DNA from: an uncultured delta proteobacterium
GTDB taxonomy: Bacteria > Desulfobacterota > Syntrophia > Syntrophales > Fen-1087
Assembly: GCA_963709485.1 (NCBI GenBank)
Contig: CAVPWE010000005.1
Location: 401,435 to 465,434, forward strand
Direction of reading: 5' to 3'
Length of the DNA: 64,000 nucleotides
In this document: positions 28,767 to 38,423 of the stretch, piece after piece
Position numbering within the stretch: the stretch's first letter is position 1
Layout of the letters: each line of letters begins with the position of its first letter
Made by a program: the position numbers and the translations under genes
Notes under the pieces: generated by a model
What the model was told of the DNA's origin: nothing
The model's database searches: none
Seen by the model: only the letters and a program-made list of their open reading frames with translations

Positions 28767-29821
28767 ATGACTGATTTCCCTTCCCCGCCATTGACCCCCA
28801 CCCCGGCTTCCAGGCGCTCGACCCGTTTCAGAAGCGTTGCCAGGGTGTCCCGCATTTCCGGCAGCCTGGAAATACAGGCCTCCGTGCGCAGCCAGTCCCG
28901 ATGCCGCCGCTGGGGAGAGCCGGCAACCACGCACCCTGCCGGTACATCCTTGCTAACACCGGCCTGCGCGGCCACCATCGCATGATCGCCGATCTGAATA
29001 TGACCCACCAGCCCGGCCTGTCCCCCCAGCATGACGCCTTTCCCGACCCGGGTGCTGCCGGAAATGCCGACCTGGGCCACAATGATGGCATGCTCGCCAA
29101 TGACGACATTGTGGGCGATCTGCACCAGATTGTCGATCTTGACGCCTCTTTGAATCCAGGTCCGGCCGATGGCGGCCCGGTCAATGGTCGTGTTGGCGCC
29201 CACCTCGACATCGTCGTCGATCTGCACAATGCCGATCTGGGGAATCTTCACATTTTCCCAACCGGGCCGGGCAAAACCGAAGCCGTCACTGCCGATCACC
29301 ACGCCGGCGTGGAGGATCACGCGCCTGCCGATCAGGCACCGCCGGTAGACCGTCACATTGGGATAGAGGACGGCGTCCTCGGCAATGACGGCATCATGGC
29401 CGACGTAAACCCCCGGATAGAGAATGACGCCCCGCTCCACTTTCGCCCTGTGCCCCACATAGGCGCCGGGATAAAGGGTTGCCTCCCCGGAAACATCGGC
29501 GCTTTTCTCCACAATGGCATGGGGACTGCGTCCCGTGAACACCGAATCTTCGGGATGAAAGAGGGCCAGGGCCCTGCCGAAGGCCACATAGGGATCATCG
29601 ACGACAAGCAGGTTTTTCCCGGGATGCACCATGCCGGGAGGCACAAGAATCGCCGAGGCGGACGATCCCTCTATTTTTTTCAGATACTTCGGATTGGCGA
29701 GGAATGTCAGATCCCCTTTTTCAGAATCCTCTATGCCCCGGACCCGGCGGATCAGCACATCGCCGTCGCCGGCGATCCGGCCGTTCAGAAGGACCGCAAG
29801 CTCTTTCAGCGTTTTTTGCAC
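28763..29821 (-). CDS. lpxD: UDP-3-O-acylglucosamine N-acyltransferase
   Basis: [21 protein letters not shown]...[13 protein letters not shown]-domain, then a long hexapeptide-repeat region; 352 aa. Confidence 0.9.
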   Translation of the reverse strand: MQKTLKELAVLLNGRIAGDGDVLIRRVRGIEDSEKGDLTFLANPKYLKKIEGSSASAILVPPGMVHPGKNLLVVDDPYVAFGRALALFHPEDSVFTGRSPHAIVEKSADVSGEATLYPGAYVGHRAKVERGVILYPGVYVGHDAVIAEDAVLYPNVTVYRRCLIGRRVILHAGVVIGSDGFGFARPGWENVKIPQIGIVQIDDDVEVGANTTIDRAAIGRTWIQRGVKIDNLVQIAHNVVIGEHAIIVAQVGISGSTRVGKGVMLGGQAGLVGHIQIGDHAMVAAQAGVSKDVPAGCVVAGSPQRRHRDWLRTEACISRLPEMRDTLATLLKRVERLEAGVGVNGGEGKSVI

Positions 29822-30378
29822 GGATGATCTGCTTTCTTCGAAACGACTATTTCTTCGCTTTGTACGCCTTGTTGAAATCCTCCGTCGACCTGTTTGGTGA
29901 TGTCCTGCTTCTTGTCAAAAAGATCAATTTGGGTGACCTGCGGATCCACAATCATGGTATATTTCTCCCGTTCGCCGATCTCGCGGATGGCCTGCATCAG
30001 CACCGGATACAGGGGCCGGAAGACCTCCTGCTCCTTTGCCTGCACTTCTTCGTTGGCGTCCTTCACCATGAGCTGGTAATCCCGCAATTTCTTCTGATAG
30101 TCTAATTCTTTGGCCCGGTAGGCGTCTTCCTTCAGGACCTGCCTCTGCTTTTCGAGTTCATCCTTTTGCTTCTGCAGCTCCTTTTCCTTCGCCTGTATGG
30201 CGGCCTTGTCCTTCTCGATGACCTTTGACATCTGACCGGCCGCGACCTTGCCGGCCTCGGAATTGATCAGGGCCGTCCGAAAATGCACAAAAGCGATTTT
30301 TTCCGCCGCCGTTGCCGGCAAAACGGACAGCAACAGCGCAACCATGGCGCCCAACATCAGATAACCATATTTCTTCAT
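29806..30378 (-). CDS. skp: OmpH/Skp periplasmic chaperone
   Basis: Signal peptide, Lys/Glu/Gln-rich coiled region, and position between bamA and lpxD. Confidence 0.85.
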   Translation of the reverse strand: MKKYGYLMLGAMVALLLSVLPATAAEKIAFVHFRTALINSEAGKVAAGQMSKVIEKDKAAIQAKEKELQKQKDELEKQRQVLKEDAYRAKELDYQKKLRDYQLMVKDANEEVQAKEQEVFRPLYPVLMQAIREIGEREKYTMIVDPQVTQIDLFDKKQDITKQVDGGFQQGVQSEEIVVSKKADHPCKKR

Positions 30379-30470
30379 AACTTCCCCCTTTTTGAACTTT
30401 CTAATAGAAGATGTCTTTCTTCGTCATTTTGACGAATGATTCCTCATGCCCGTTCCGGGTTCCCCGTTTT

Positions 30471-33113
30471 TCAGAAGCCCATGCCCATCGTGAATTCGAA
30501 GCGGCCGTTGGACTCGCCTTCCTTTTTATCCAGCACAAAGCCGTATTCCAGCCTGAGGGGCCCGATCGGAGAGTACCACCGGATGCCGACTCCCGCCGTC
30601 TGCCGCAAGTCGTCAAAATGATACCCGCTCTCCCAGGCATTGGCAGTGTCATAGAAAAGGACCCATTTCATGCCCGCATCCCGGATCAGCGGGAGGATGA
30701 TTTCCCCGGTGAAGCCCATCCACGTCAACCCGCCGAGGATGTCGTTCGTCACGGGGTCCCTCGGGCCGATGTCCCGCTGTCCGCGCAATGTGCTCATCCC
30801 GCCCACGATATACCGCTCGTAAACGGGGACGTCCTCATCATCGTTGCTGGTCAGATAGCCCAATTTCCCGTAAACGCCCAGTACGGTTTCAAAAGGCAGC
30901 GAAAAGTACCAGGAACTGTTCGCATTGACTTTGCTGAAGCTCGTATTGCCGCCCAGGGGTCCGCCGGTATAGGTGTAGGAAACGGTGTTTTTTGAACCCC
31001 TTGAGGGGAACAGGCTGTCATCCAGCGTGCTCCGGATCAGTGTGGCGGTCAACCCGCTCGTTTTGGTTACGCCCTCCTGTTTCTTGATGTAAGTGGATGC
31101 GTTCGTCAGGACATCCGTCACATCGTCATTCGAAAACCGGTATCCCAGATACCCGGTGACGTAGTCCCACAGGCCGTAACCCACGACGACGCCGACACCG
31201 CTCGAATCGAGGGTGTAGGTGTCATATTCCCGGCTGTAGTTCCAGATGTCGAATTTGCTCCACAACGGGATGTCGAACAGCCAGGGTTCGATAAAAGACA
31301 GGTCATAGTGCTGCGTGCTGCCGCCGATGGTCGCCTTCAAGGTCAGGATCTGGCCCCTGCCGAAGAGGTTCTGCTGGGAAACGGACGCCGTCACGACCGC
31401 ATTGTCGAGGGCGCTGTAACCGGCTCCCACGCTGAAAATCCCCGTCTGCTTTTCCTTGACGCGAATCATGACGTCCGTCTGGTTCTCCGACGCCCCCTTT
31501 TCCGTCTGGAAATCCACCTCCTCGAAATAACGGAGCCCGCTGAGCGCGTTGTAGCTTCTTTTCAAGGCCCGCTTGCTGTACAGGTCGCCCTCCACGACGG
31601 AAAGCTGCCGCCGGATCACCTTGTCCCGGGTCTTGGTGTTGCCGGTGATGAGGACACGGTTAAAATAGACCTCTTTGCCCTTTTTGATCTGATAGGTCAC
31701 ATCCACCGTCTGATTCTTTTCCTGCGGCGCGGTCTGGAAAAGAACATCCGCGTAGGCGAACCCCTCATCATTGCTCATTTGAACCAGGTAATCGATGTCC
31801 TTGATCATCGCTTCCCTGCTGAAATATTCCTGCTTCACGATGTTCAGGTTCTTCTGGAGCGTGTCATGGGGAACCTTCAGGGTGTCTCCGGTGATCTGGA
31901 CATTGCCGACCTTGAACTGCCTGCCTTCCGCCACAGGGATCTTCAGATAAATTCCCTTCTTGTCATGGGTGATCTCCGGCTCGCCGACCTGGGCATTGAT
32001 AAAGCCGTTATTCAGATAGAAAGCGTTCAGCTTGCCGACGTCCTGTTTCAACTGGTCCTTCTTCAGGACGCCCGAATCGGTGAAGAAATGAAAAATGCCC
32101 CACTCCGTGGTCTTCATGATGTTGCGGAGCGTCTTGTCGCTGAAAGTCCGGTTCCCCTGAAAATCGATTTTCTTGACATAGGTCTTGTCATTTTCCACAA
32201 TGTCGAACAGGACCACGACTTCCTTGTCGCCCTTTTTTTCCAGGACATTCGTGATCTCTGCATTGTAGTAACCCTTGGCATGGTAAAGATCCCGGATCTT
32301 CTCGATGTCCGCGTTCAATTTCTCCGAATTCACAACCTGGCGGGATTTCGTCGTCAGCGCACCATGGATGTCCCCGATATCGATGGCCTTGTTTCCCTTG
32401 ACTCTGATCTCTGAAATGAGCGCTTTTTCCGTCACGGTGAAGGTGATGATCTTGCCCCCGGGGGTGTCCGCCATGTCGGCCTTTGCGTCATCGAAATAGC
32501 CCATTTTATAGATCGCCCGGATGTCGGCGGTTACATCGGCTTCCGCATAAAGCCCTCCCTTAGCGCTTTTCAGGACCTGGCTGATGGCTGCCGCCTCGAT
32601 CTTGACGTTCCCTTTGATTTCGACGCCGGCAATTTTCTGATCCACGAAAGCCCGGACCAGGATATCCCGCTTTAACTGCGCCAGGATCGATTCCATGTTT
32701 TTCAGACCCCGACCCTGAACGAAGATTCCGGGAATGGTTTGTCCTCTTTTGACATCCACCACCTTTGCATCGATGCTGATCAGTTCCCCGAGTTCCGTGA
32801 TGCTCCCCGTCACGACCAGGTCGGCGGCCAGCGTCCGCCCCGCAGAGAGGGCCTGGGTTTCCTTCACTTTCCTGCCCGCGGTCACGGCATCAATCTCATT
32901 TTTATCGACCACCTGGATATTTTTTGACTTCAGCAGCTCGGCGGTCAGCCCTTTGGCAATGGCTTCCTGAAGCTGGGCCGCGTTGTCGCGACTGTTGACT
33001 TCAAAGGGTAAAACGGCGATCTTCCGGACATCCTGCGCAACGGCTTCCGTGAGAAAAAAACAGGCCAGGGTTACGACCATGCAAATCCCGATCAGAGAGA
33101 GTTTATTTTTCAT
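30471..33113 (-). CDS. bamA: outer membrane protein assembly factor BamA with an extra N-terminal domain
   Basis: Five POTRA-like units start at IAGVEIKGN, ISEIRVKGN, VKKIDFQGN, VGNVQITGD and FNRVLITGN. The barrel runs from TGIFSVGAGYS and ends in FEFTMGMGF. About 140 residues lie between the signal peptide and POTRA1. Confidence 0.9.
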   Translation of the reverse strand: MKNKLSLIGICMVVTLACFFLTEAVAQDVRKIAVLPFEVNSRDNAAQLQEAIAKGLTAELLKSKNIQVVDKNEIDAVTAGRKVKETQALSAGRTLAADLVVTGSITELGELISIDAKVVDVKRGQTIPGIFVQGRGLKNMESILAQLKRDILVRAFVDQKIAGVEIKGNVKIEAAAISQVLKSAKGGLYAEADVTADIRAIYKMGYFDDAKADMADTPGGKIITFTVTEKALISEIRVKGNKAIDIGDIHGALTTKSRQVVNSEKLNADIEKIRDLYHAKGYYNAEITNVLEKKGDKEVVVLFDIVENDKTYVKKIDFQGNRTFSDKTLRNIMKTTEWGIFHFFTDSGVLKKDQLKQDVGKLNAFYLNNGFINAQVGEPEITHDKKGIYLKIPVAEGRQFKVGNVQITGDTLKVPHDTLQKNLNIVKQEYFSREAMIKDIDYLVQMSNDEGFAYADVLFQTAPQEKNQTVDVTYQIKKGKEVYFNRVLITGNTKTRDKVIRRQLSVVEGDLYSKRALKRSYNALSGLRYFEEVDFQTEKGASENQTDVMIRVKEKQTGIFSVGAGYSALDNAVVTASVSQQNLFGRGQILTLKATIGGSTQHYDLSFIEPWLFDIPLWSKFDIWNYSREYDTYTLDSSGVGVVVGYGLWDYVTGYLGYRFSNDDVTDVLTNASTYIKKQEGVTKTSGLTATLIRSTLDDSLFPSRGSKNTVSYTYTGGPLGGNTSFSKVNANSSWYFSLPFETVLGVYGKLGYLTSNDDEDVPVYERYIVGGMSTLRGQRDIGPRDPVTNDILGGLTWMGFTGEIILPLIRDAGMKWVLFYDTANAWESGYHFDDLRQTAGVGIRWYSPIGPLRLEYGFVLDKKEGESNGRFEFTMGMGF

Positions 33114-33777
33114 GGAAATAGATCCTCCCGTCCTTGAGTCCGATGCTTCGGGACATCTGTTTTGCCAGCAGCGGGTTATGGGTTACAACAACCAGTGTGA
33201 TTTGCCTTTTCTTGTTCAGCTGTACCAGGATATCGCCGATTCTGGCGCCCGTTTCCGAATCCAGATTTCCCGTCGGTTCATCGGCAAGAAGGATCTCCGG
33301 CTCCATGATCAGCGCCCGGGCAACGGCAACGCGCTGCTGTTCCCCGCCCGAGAGCTCCCCCGGTTTGTGCGTCACCCTATCACGAAGACCCAGATCATTC
33401 AAGATGACTTCTGCCCGCTTCCGCGCTTCGCCTTTTGAAAGGCCGTGAATCAGGGCCGGCATCATCGTGTTTTCCAGGCTGTTGAACTCCGGAAGCAGAT
33501 TATGAAACTGAAACACAAAACCGATCTTTTCATTCCTGAACGCCGCCAGTTTTCTCTCCGGCCATTCAAAAACATTCTTTTCATCATACATGAGGACACC
33601 CGATGTCGGATGGTCCAGCGTTCCCAGAATATGGATCAACGTGCTTTTCCCCGACCCGGAAACACCGACCATGGCCAGAGATTCACCTTTGCGGATCTCA
33701 AGGTCCAGGTCCTTCAGTACCTCAATCCGGTTTCCGTCCTTGATAAAGGTTTTGCTCAACTGCTGCAATCGGATCAT
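33103..33777 (-). CDS. lolD: lipoprotein-releasing ABC transporter ATP-binding protein
   Basis: Start set to ATG 33777 (MIRLQQLSKTF; GGGAGG about 10 nt upstream). The alternative GTG 33882 would give a GTGA overlap with lolCE. Walker A GVSGSGKSTL, LSGGEQQRVAVARAL, ILLADEPTGNLD. Confidence 0.85.
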   Translation of the reverse strand: MIRLQQLSKTFIKDGNRIEVLKDLDLEIRKGESLAMVGVSGSGKSTLIHILGTLDHPTSGVLMYDEKNVFEWPERKLAAFRNEKIGFVFQFHNLLPEFNSLENTMMPALIHGLSKGEARKRAEVILNDLGLRDRVTHKPGELSGGEQQRVAVARALIMEPEILLADEPTGNLDSETGARIGDILVQLNKKRQITLVVVTHNPLLAKQMSRSIGLKDGRIYFHEK

Positions 33778-33878
33778 GACCTGCCGGCCTCCCGGACCGG
33801 GTCTGCAAGCGCCGGGCGCGCCGGCCGATGCGACCGGAAACAGCACTTCAAGGGATGGGCGGCGCATTTCGCCATTTT

Positions 33879-35156
33879 TCACTCATACCGCAGGGCTTCT
33901 GCCGGATCCAGTTTCGAGGCCCGCCAGGACGGGTAGATGGTCGACAGGAAGCAGATCAGGATGGTGCCCGCAATGATAATCAAGACATCGCCGTAATTGA
34001 CGCGGGACGGAAGCTCATTCAGATAATACACATCGCCCGGAAGGATTTTTATCCCGAGCAGCCGTTCGACAAACAGGGAAATTTTTGAAAGGTTGATCGC
34101 AATCGCAAGCCCGCCGATGCAGCCCAGAACCGTTCCGATGGTTCCAATGGTGAGTCCCTGCAAAATGAAAATTTTCATGATGCTTTTGGAGGTGGCGCCC
34201 ATGGACTTCAGGACTGCGATATCCTTGTTCTTTTCCATGACCACCATGATCAGGGCGGTGATGATGTTGAAGGCGGCCACCAGCACGATCAGGCTGAGGA
34301 TGATGAACATGACCCGCTTTTCAAGCCGGAGGGCCGAGAACAGGTTCTTGTTCATTTCCATCCAGTTCCGGGCCCAGTAGGGAAACCCCAGCTTTTTCTC
34401 GATGGCCTTCCCGATGGCATCCGCCTTGTAGATGTCGTCGACCCGGACCTCGATGCCGGTCACCTGTTCGCCCATGTTCAGAAACTCCTGACAGTCTTTC
34501 AGGGAGATGTAGGCCAGCGTCGAATCATACTCGTAGAACCCCGAATCGAAGATCCCGACCACCAGAAATTTTTTCATCCGGGGCATCATCCCCATGGGGG
34601 TCGATATGCCCATGGGCGAGACGATGCTGGCGGTTTCAAATAGCGTGATCCCCAAATTTTTCGCCAGCTCCTTGCCCACGATGAGGCCGGGAAGATCTAT
34701 CAGGCTTTTATCGATGCCGGACGCGGGGCGTCTTTCCCTGGCCAGATAATCCATTTGCCCCTGCTGCATTTTGCCCAGATTGATCACCCTGGAGGAGCTG
34801 TCCGTGGCCAGCCCCCTCAGGACGACCCCGCTGGCGCTGCTGCCGTTCTTCAGCAGGGCCTGGCTGTAGATAAAGGGTGCGGCGGCGACCACCCCGGGGA
34901 CCTGTTCGACTTCTTTCAGCACCTGGGCCTGATTCTTCATGGCCCCCGAATACTCCATGAGCACGACATGGGAATTGATCCCCAGGATCTTGTTGCGGAG
35001 ATCGGTCTCAAAGCCGTTCATGACGGCCAGAACGATAATCAGCGCTGCAACGCCCAGAAAAATTCCGGCGATGGAAATAAAGGTTATGATGGAAACGAAG
35101 ACCTGCTTCCGCCTGGCGCGCAGATAGCGCAAGCCGATGAAGAATTCATAGGACAT
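33879..35156 (-). CDS. lipoprotein-releasing system permease (LolC/LolE family, FtsX-like)
   Basis: MSYEFFIGLRYLRARRKQVFVSIITFISIAGI N-terminus, a large periplasmic loop and a C-terminal 3-TM FtsX region. Confidence 0.85.
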   Translation of the reverse strand: MSYEFFIGLRYLRARRKQVFVSIITFISIAGIFLGVAALIIVLAVMNGFETDLRNKILGINSHVVLMEYSGAMKNQAQVLKEVEQVPGVVAAAPFIYSQALLKNGSSASGVVLRGLATDSSSRVINLGKMQQGQMDYLARERRPASGIDKSLIDLPGLIVGKELAKNLGITLFETASIVSPMGISTPMGMMPRMKKFLVVGIFDSGFYEYDSTLAYISLKDCQEFLNMGEQVTGIEVRVDDIYKADAIGKAIEKKLGFPYWARNWMEMNKNLFSALRLEKRVMFIILSLIVLVAAFNIITALIMVVMEKNKDIAVLKSMGATSKSIMKIFILQGLTIGTIGTVLGCIGGLAIAINLSKISLFVERLLGIKILPGDVYYLNELPSRVNYGDVLIIIAGTILICFLSTIYPSWRASKLDPAEALRYE

Positions 35157-36646
35157 CAGCGCCCGCTCTCCTCTTTTGTCCTCAGGTGGGGGAAGAGAAT
35201 CACATCCCGGATGGAGGCGCTGTCCGTAAAAAGCATGACGAGCCGGTCAATTCCGATCCCTTCGCCGGCGGTGGGGGGCATGGCGTATTCGAGAGCCCGG
35301 ATGTAGTCTTCGTCCATTTCATGGGCCTCTTCATCCCCCGCCTCCCGGTCCCTGAGCTGCATCATGAACCGCTCACGCTGATCGGCGGGGTCATTCAGCT
35401 CTGAAAAGGCGTTGGCGATTTCCTTCCCGCAGATGTAGAGTTCAAACCGGTCCGTCAGGGAGGGATCCGCCTCGCTTTTCCTCGAAAGGGGAGATACTTC
35501 AACCGGGTAATGGGTGATGAAGGTGGGTGCAACGAGGATGGGCTCGACCGCTGCGTCAAAGACAGCCATGACGATCTTTCCCAGCGGGTCGGCATCCTTG
35601 ATCTCGATCCGCATCGATCTCGCACAGTCGGCGGCCTTCTCCCGGTCCTCCAGCACGGCAGGATCGATTCCGCAGGTTTGCACGATGGCATCCTTTACCG
35701 ATATCCGCTTCCAGGGGGGTGTCAGGTCAATCTGCAGGCCCTGATAAGAGAATGACAGCCCCCCGAACAGGTCCCGGGCAATGTACACGAACAGTTCCTC
35801 GGTCATCGTCATGAGATCCTGATAGGTGGCGTAGGCCTGGTAGAACTCCATCATGGTAAACTCAGGATTATGAAACGTGGAAATCCCCTCGTTGCGGAAG
35901 TTCCGGTTGAGCTCATAGACCCGTTCCAGGCCTCCGGTGACCAGCCTTTTCAGATAGAGTTCCGGGGCGATCCGGAGGTAAAAATCCATCCCCAGCGCGT
36001 TGTGGTAGGTTCTGAAAGGCCGCGCCACCGCGCCACCCGCCCTGGGCTGCATCATCGGGGTTTCGACTTCGAGAAAATCGCGATCCTCCATGAATCGGCG
36101 AATCATCTGGATGATCCTGCTCCGCTTCTGGAAGACCTCCCTGACCTTCGGATTGACGATCAGGTCGAGGTGGCGCTGGCGGTACCGGGTTTCAATGTCC
36201 GTCAGGCCGTGCCACTTTTCCGGAAGCATGCGAATGGCTTTGGACAGCAGGCGCAACTTCCCCGCCTCAATGGTCAATTCACCGGTCCTGGTCCTGAAAA
36301 TCCGCCCCTCCATGTAGACGATGTCTCCCACATCCAGCTTTTTGAAAAGTTGAAAGGAACCTTCGCCGACCAGCTGTCCGTGGATATAGCCCTGAATCCG
36401 GCCTTTTCGGTCCTGCAGGCTGATGAAAGAGGCTTTGCCGAAATTGCGGATCGCCATAATCCTGCCGGCAAGGCCGAACCGCTCATCCACCTTCTCGAGC
36501 TGGTCCTGTTCCATATCGGAAAAACGGGACAGGAGATCTGCCGTGGTGTCCTTCACATTCACATTATTCGGATAAAGATCAACCCCTTCGGCTCTCAGGG
36601 CGTCAATCTTCTCTTTTCTTTTCCTAAGAAGCTCGCTCTCTTCCAT
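35156..36646 (-). CDS. lysS: lysine--tRNA ligase (class II)
   Basis: 496 aa with an OB anticodon-binding N-domain. Motifs FRNEGISTFHNPEFTMMEFYQAY and GEGIGIDRLVMLF. Confidence 0.95.
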   Translation of the reverse strand: MEESELLRKRKEKIDALRAEGVDLYPNNVNVKDTTADLLSRFSDMEQDQLEKVDERFGLAGRIMAIRNFGKASFISLQDRKGRIQGYIHGQLVGEGSFQLFKKLDVGDIVYMEGRIFRTRTGELTIEAGKLRLLSKAIRMLPEKWHGLTDIETRYRQRHLDLIVNPKVREVFQKRSRIIQMIRRFMEDRDFLEVETPMMQPRAGGAVARPFRTYHNALGMDFYLRIAPELYLKRLVTGGLERVYELNRNFRNEGISTFHNPEFTMMEFYQAYATYQDLMTMTEELFVYIARDLFGGLSFSYQGLQIDLTPPWKRISVKDAIVQTCGIDPAVLEDREKAADCARSMRIEIKDADPLGKIVMAVFDAAVEPILVAPTFITHYPVEVSPLSRKSEADPSLTDRFELYICGKEIANAFSELNDPADQRERFMMQLRDREAGDEEAHEMDEDYIRALEYAMPPTAGEGIGIDRLVMLFTDSASIRDVILFPHLRTKEESGR

Positions 36647-36766
36647 AAATCGCCGATCCCATGATTAGTATAAGGTCGATTTCACTATATTTATTTTCCT
36701 TATTAGTCAAGAAGGATTTCGAAAAACCAGCCGTCGGCATGTCTTTCCGAAAACACCAGAATTCAA

Positions 36767-36795
36767 TTGCCATTGGCCGTTCAGTTGTGTATGCT
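36767..36795 (+). promoter_or_regulatory. candidate sigma70-type promoter for ssb
   Basis: TTGCCA (36767-36772), 17 nt spacer, TATGCT (36790-36795), about 35 nt upstream of the ssb ATG. Consensus match only. Confidence 0.25.
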
Positions 36796-36829
36796 TCCTC
36801 TCATCATCAGGCTGGTGAAGGGGGAGAAA

Positions 36830-37246
36830 ATGGTCAACAAGGCATTACTGATCGGCAGGCTCGGAAAGGACCCGGAAGTCCGTTACACGCCGGACGGCAT
36901 GATGGTCACCAATTTCAATCTGGCAACGGATGAGCAGTGGAAGGACAAAAACGGGCAGCGCGTCCAAAAAACGGAATGGCATCGCATCGTCACCTTCGGT
37001 AAACTGGCGGAAATCTGCGGCCAGTATCTTACCAAGGGAAAACTGGTCTTCGTGGAGGGCCGCATCCAGACAAGAGCCTGGGAGGACAAGGAAGGAAATA
37101 AACGCTACACCACGGAGATTGTCGCCGCAAACATGCAGATGCTGGATTCCAAGGGACAGAGCCGGGGTCAGGAAGCGGCCGGCGATGACCGTTTTCCCTC
37201 CGATACCGCAACGGGCGCCATCCCGGAAGATGACGTTCCGTTTTGA
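36830..37246 (+). CDS. ssb: single-stranded DNA-binding protein
   Basis: Start moved to ATG 36830 (GGGGAG upstream). [23 protein letters not shown]...[14 protein letters not shown], with an acidic tail ending DDVPF. Confidence 0.95.
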   Translation: MVNKALLIGRLGKDPEVRYTPDGMMVTNFNLATDEQWKDKNGQRVQKTEWHRIVTFGKLAEICGQYLTKGKLVFVEGRIQTRAWEDKEGNKRYTTEIVAANMQMLDSKGQSRGQEAAGDDRFPSDTATGAIPEDDVPF

Positions 37247-37263
37247 AATATTGCGGTCTGCAG

Positions 37264-37449
37264 CTATTTCGGCCCGATTTTCTTGTCCTCCGGCGTGACA
37301 TCAATTTCATCCGGCTCTTTGGAAGCCTTTTTGAAATTTTTAATGCCCTTACCGATGGCGCCGCCGATTTCCGGAAGCTTGCCCGCGCCGAAGACGATCA
37401 GGATGATCACGAGGATGATGATCAATTCAGGCATGCCGATTCCAAACAT
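37264..37449 (-). CDS. tatA: twin-arginine translocase TatA/TatE family subunit
   Basis: [42 protein letters not shown]; 61 aa. Confidence 0.9.
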   Translation of the reverse strand: MFGIGMPELIIILVIILIVFGAGKLPEIGGAIGKGIKNFKKASKEPDEIDVTPEDKKIGPK

Positions 37450-37508
37450 AGCGTTATAACCTCAATAAAATAAAAGTCTTGCATTGATTCCAATCGCATT
37501 CCGGGTGC

Positions 37509-37537
37509 ATCCTAAAACAATAGGGGCCCGGTGTCAA
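37509..37537 (-). promoter_or_regulatory. candidate sigma70-type promoter for tatA
   Basis: The minus strand reads TTGACA (37537-37532), 17 nt spacer, TAGGAT (37514-37509), about 60 nt upstream of the tatA ATG. Consensus match only. Confidence 0.3.
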
Positions 37538-37573
37538 TCAAATCTTCAATGGCTTTCTACCCGATCGGCAAGG

Positions 37574-38263
37574 CTATCTGGGTGCTGCCGTCTGCCGGTT
37601 TTCCGATGATACAGGCTGTCCGGGCGGCGCCGCAACCCCCGTCTGCAGCTCCCGGCCGGGCTGCGCGGGGCTCTGACCGGTCATGAGCTGCGCGCCTTCC
37701 GTTTTCATTTCCGGTCTGGCCTGATCCGTCCGTTCTGTCTGAACGGGCGCCTGGGCGGGCTTGCCGGCTTCAGTGGTTGCGGCATCCGTCTTCTGCACGG
37801 CCGGTTTTGCCGGTTCACTCCGCAAGATGTCCAGATCGCTTCCGCATTGAACAAAAAGTGCCATCATCGCAATACCGGCGATGATGATCAGCAGAGCCAT
37901 CCCGATCAGCAAACGTTTGCGATTTCCTTTTCCCCGGCATCTCCCGCTGTCCTTTTCCTGTTCATTCCCGACGTTCAGCGATTGAAGATAGTGGTCATAG
38001 GCGCCGAAGATGATCTTGCTGTCGATGCCGACGGCGTCCGCGTAGGCGTTGATAAAGGTCTTTGCATAGGCGGGTGACGGAAGCAGATGAAATCTTTCGG
38101 TTTCAATCGCTTCAAGATTCACCACGGTGACACGCGTTCGTTCATAGATCTCCCGCAGCGTGAGCCCTCTGGCCTCCCTGAGGGCCTTCAGTTCAAGGCT
38201 CGCCGGTTTTGCGGTTTCACCGGCCGGCCGGACCGCATTTTCAAGAACTCTATCGCTCGTCAT
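37574..38263 (-). CDS. RodZ-like HTH-domain membrane protein
   Basis: Start moved to ATG 38263. HTH region LKALREARGLTLREIYERTRVTVVNLEAIE...PSPAYAKTFINAYADAVG, one TM (LLIGMALLIIIAGIAMMALFV), and a Pro/Ala/Gln-rich tail. Confidence 0.65.
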   Translation of the reverse strand: MTSDRVLENAVRPAGETAKPASLELKALREARGLTLREIYERTRVTVVNLEAIETERFHLLPSPAYAKTFINAYADAVGIDSKIIFGAYDHYLQSLNVGNEQEKDSGRCRGKGNRKRLLIGMALLIIIAGIAMMALFVQCGSDLDILRSEPAKPAVQKTDAATTEAGKPAQAPVQTERTDQARPEMKTEGAQLMTGQSPAQPGRELQTGVAAPPGQPVSSENRQTAAPR

Positions 38264-38423
38264 TGACAATGATTCCTTTTCATGGGGCTGATGGAATCTA
38301 ACACCAATGACCGCATCAGGCAATAAAAAATCGTTGTGAACGGGAAGGGTTTCAAATTGTTTTTTTTACAACATTTATGGTAGACTTCCACGCCTGCTGC
38401 ATCGATTTCAAGGAGGAAGGACG

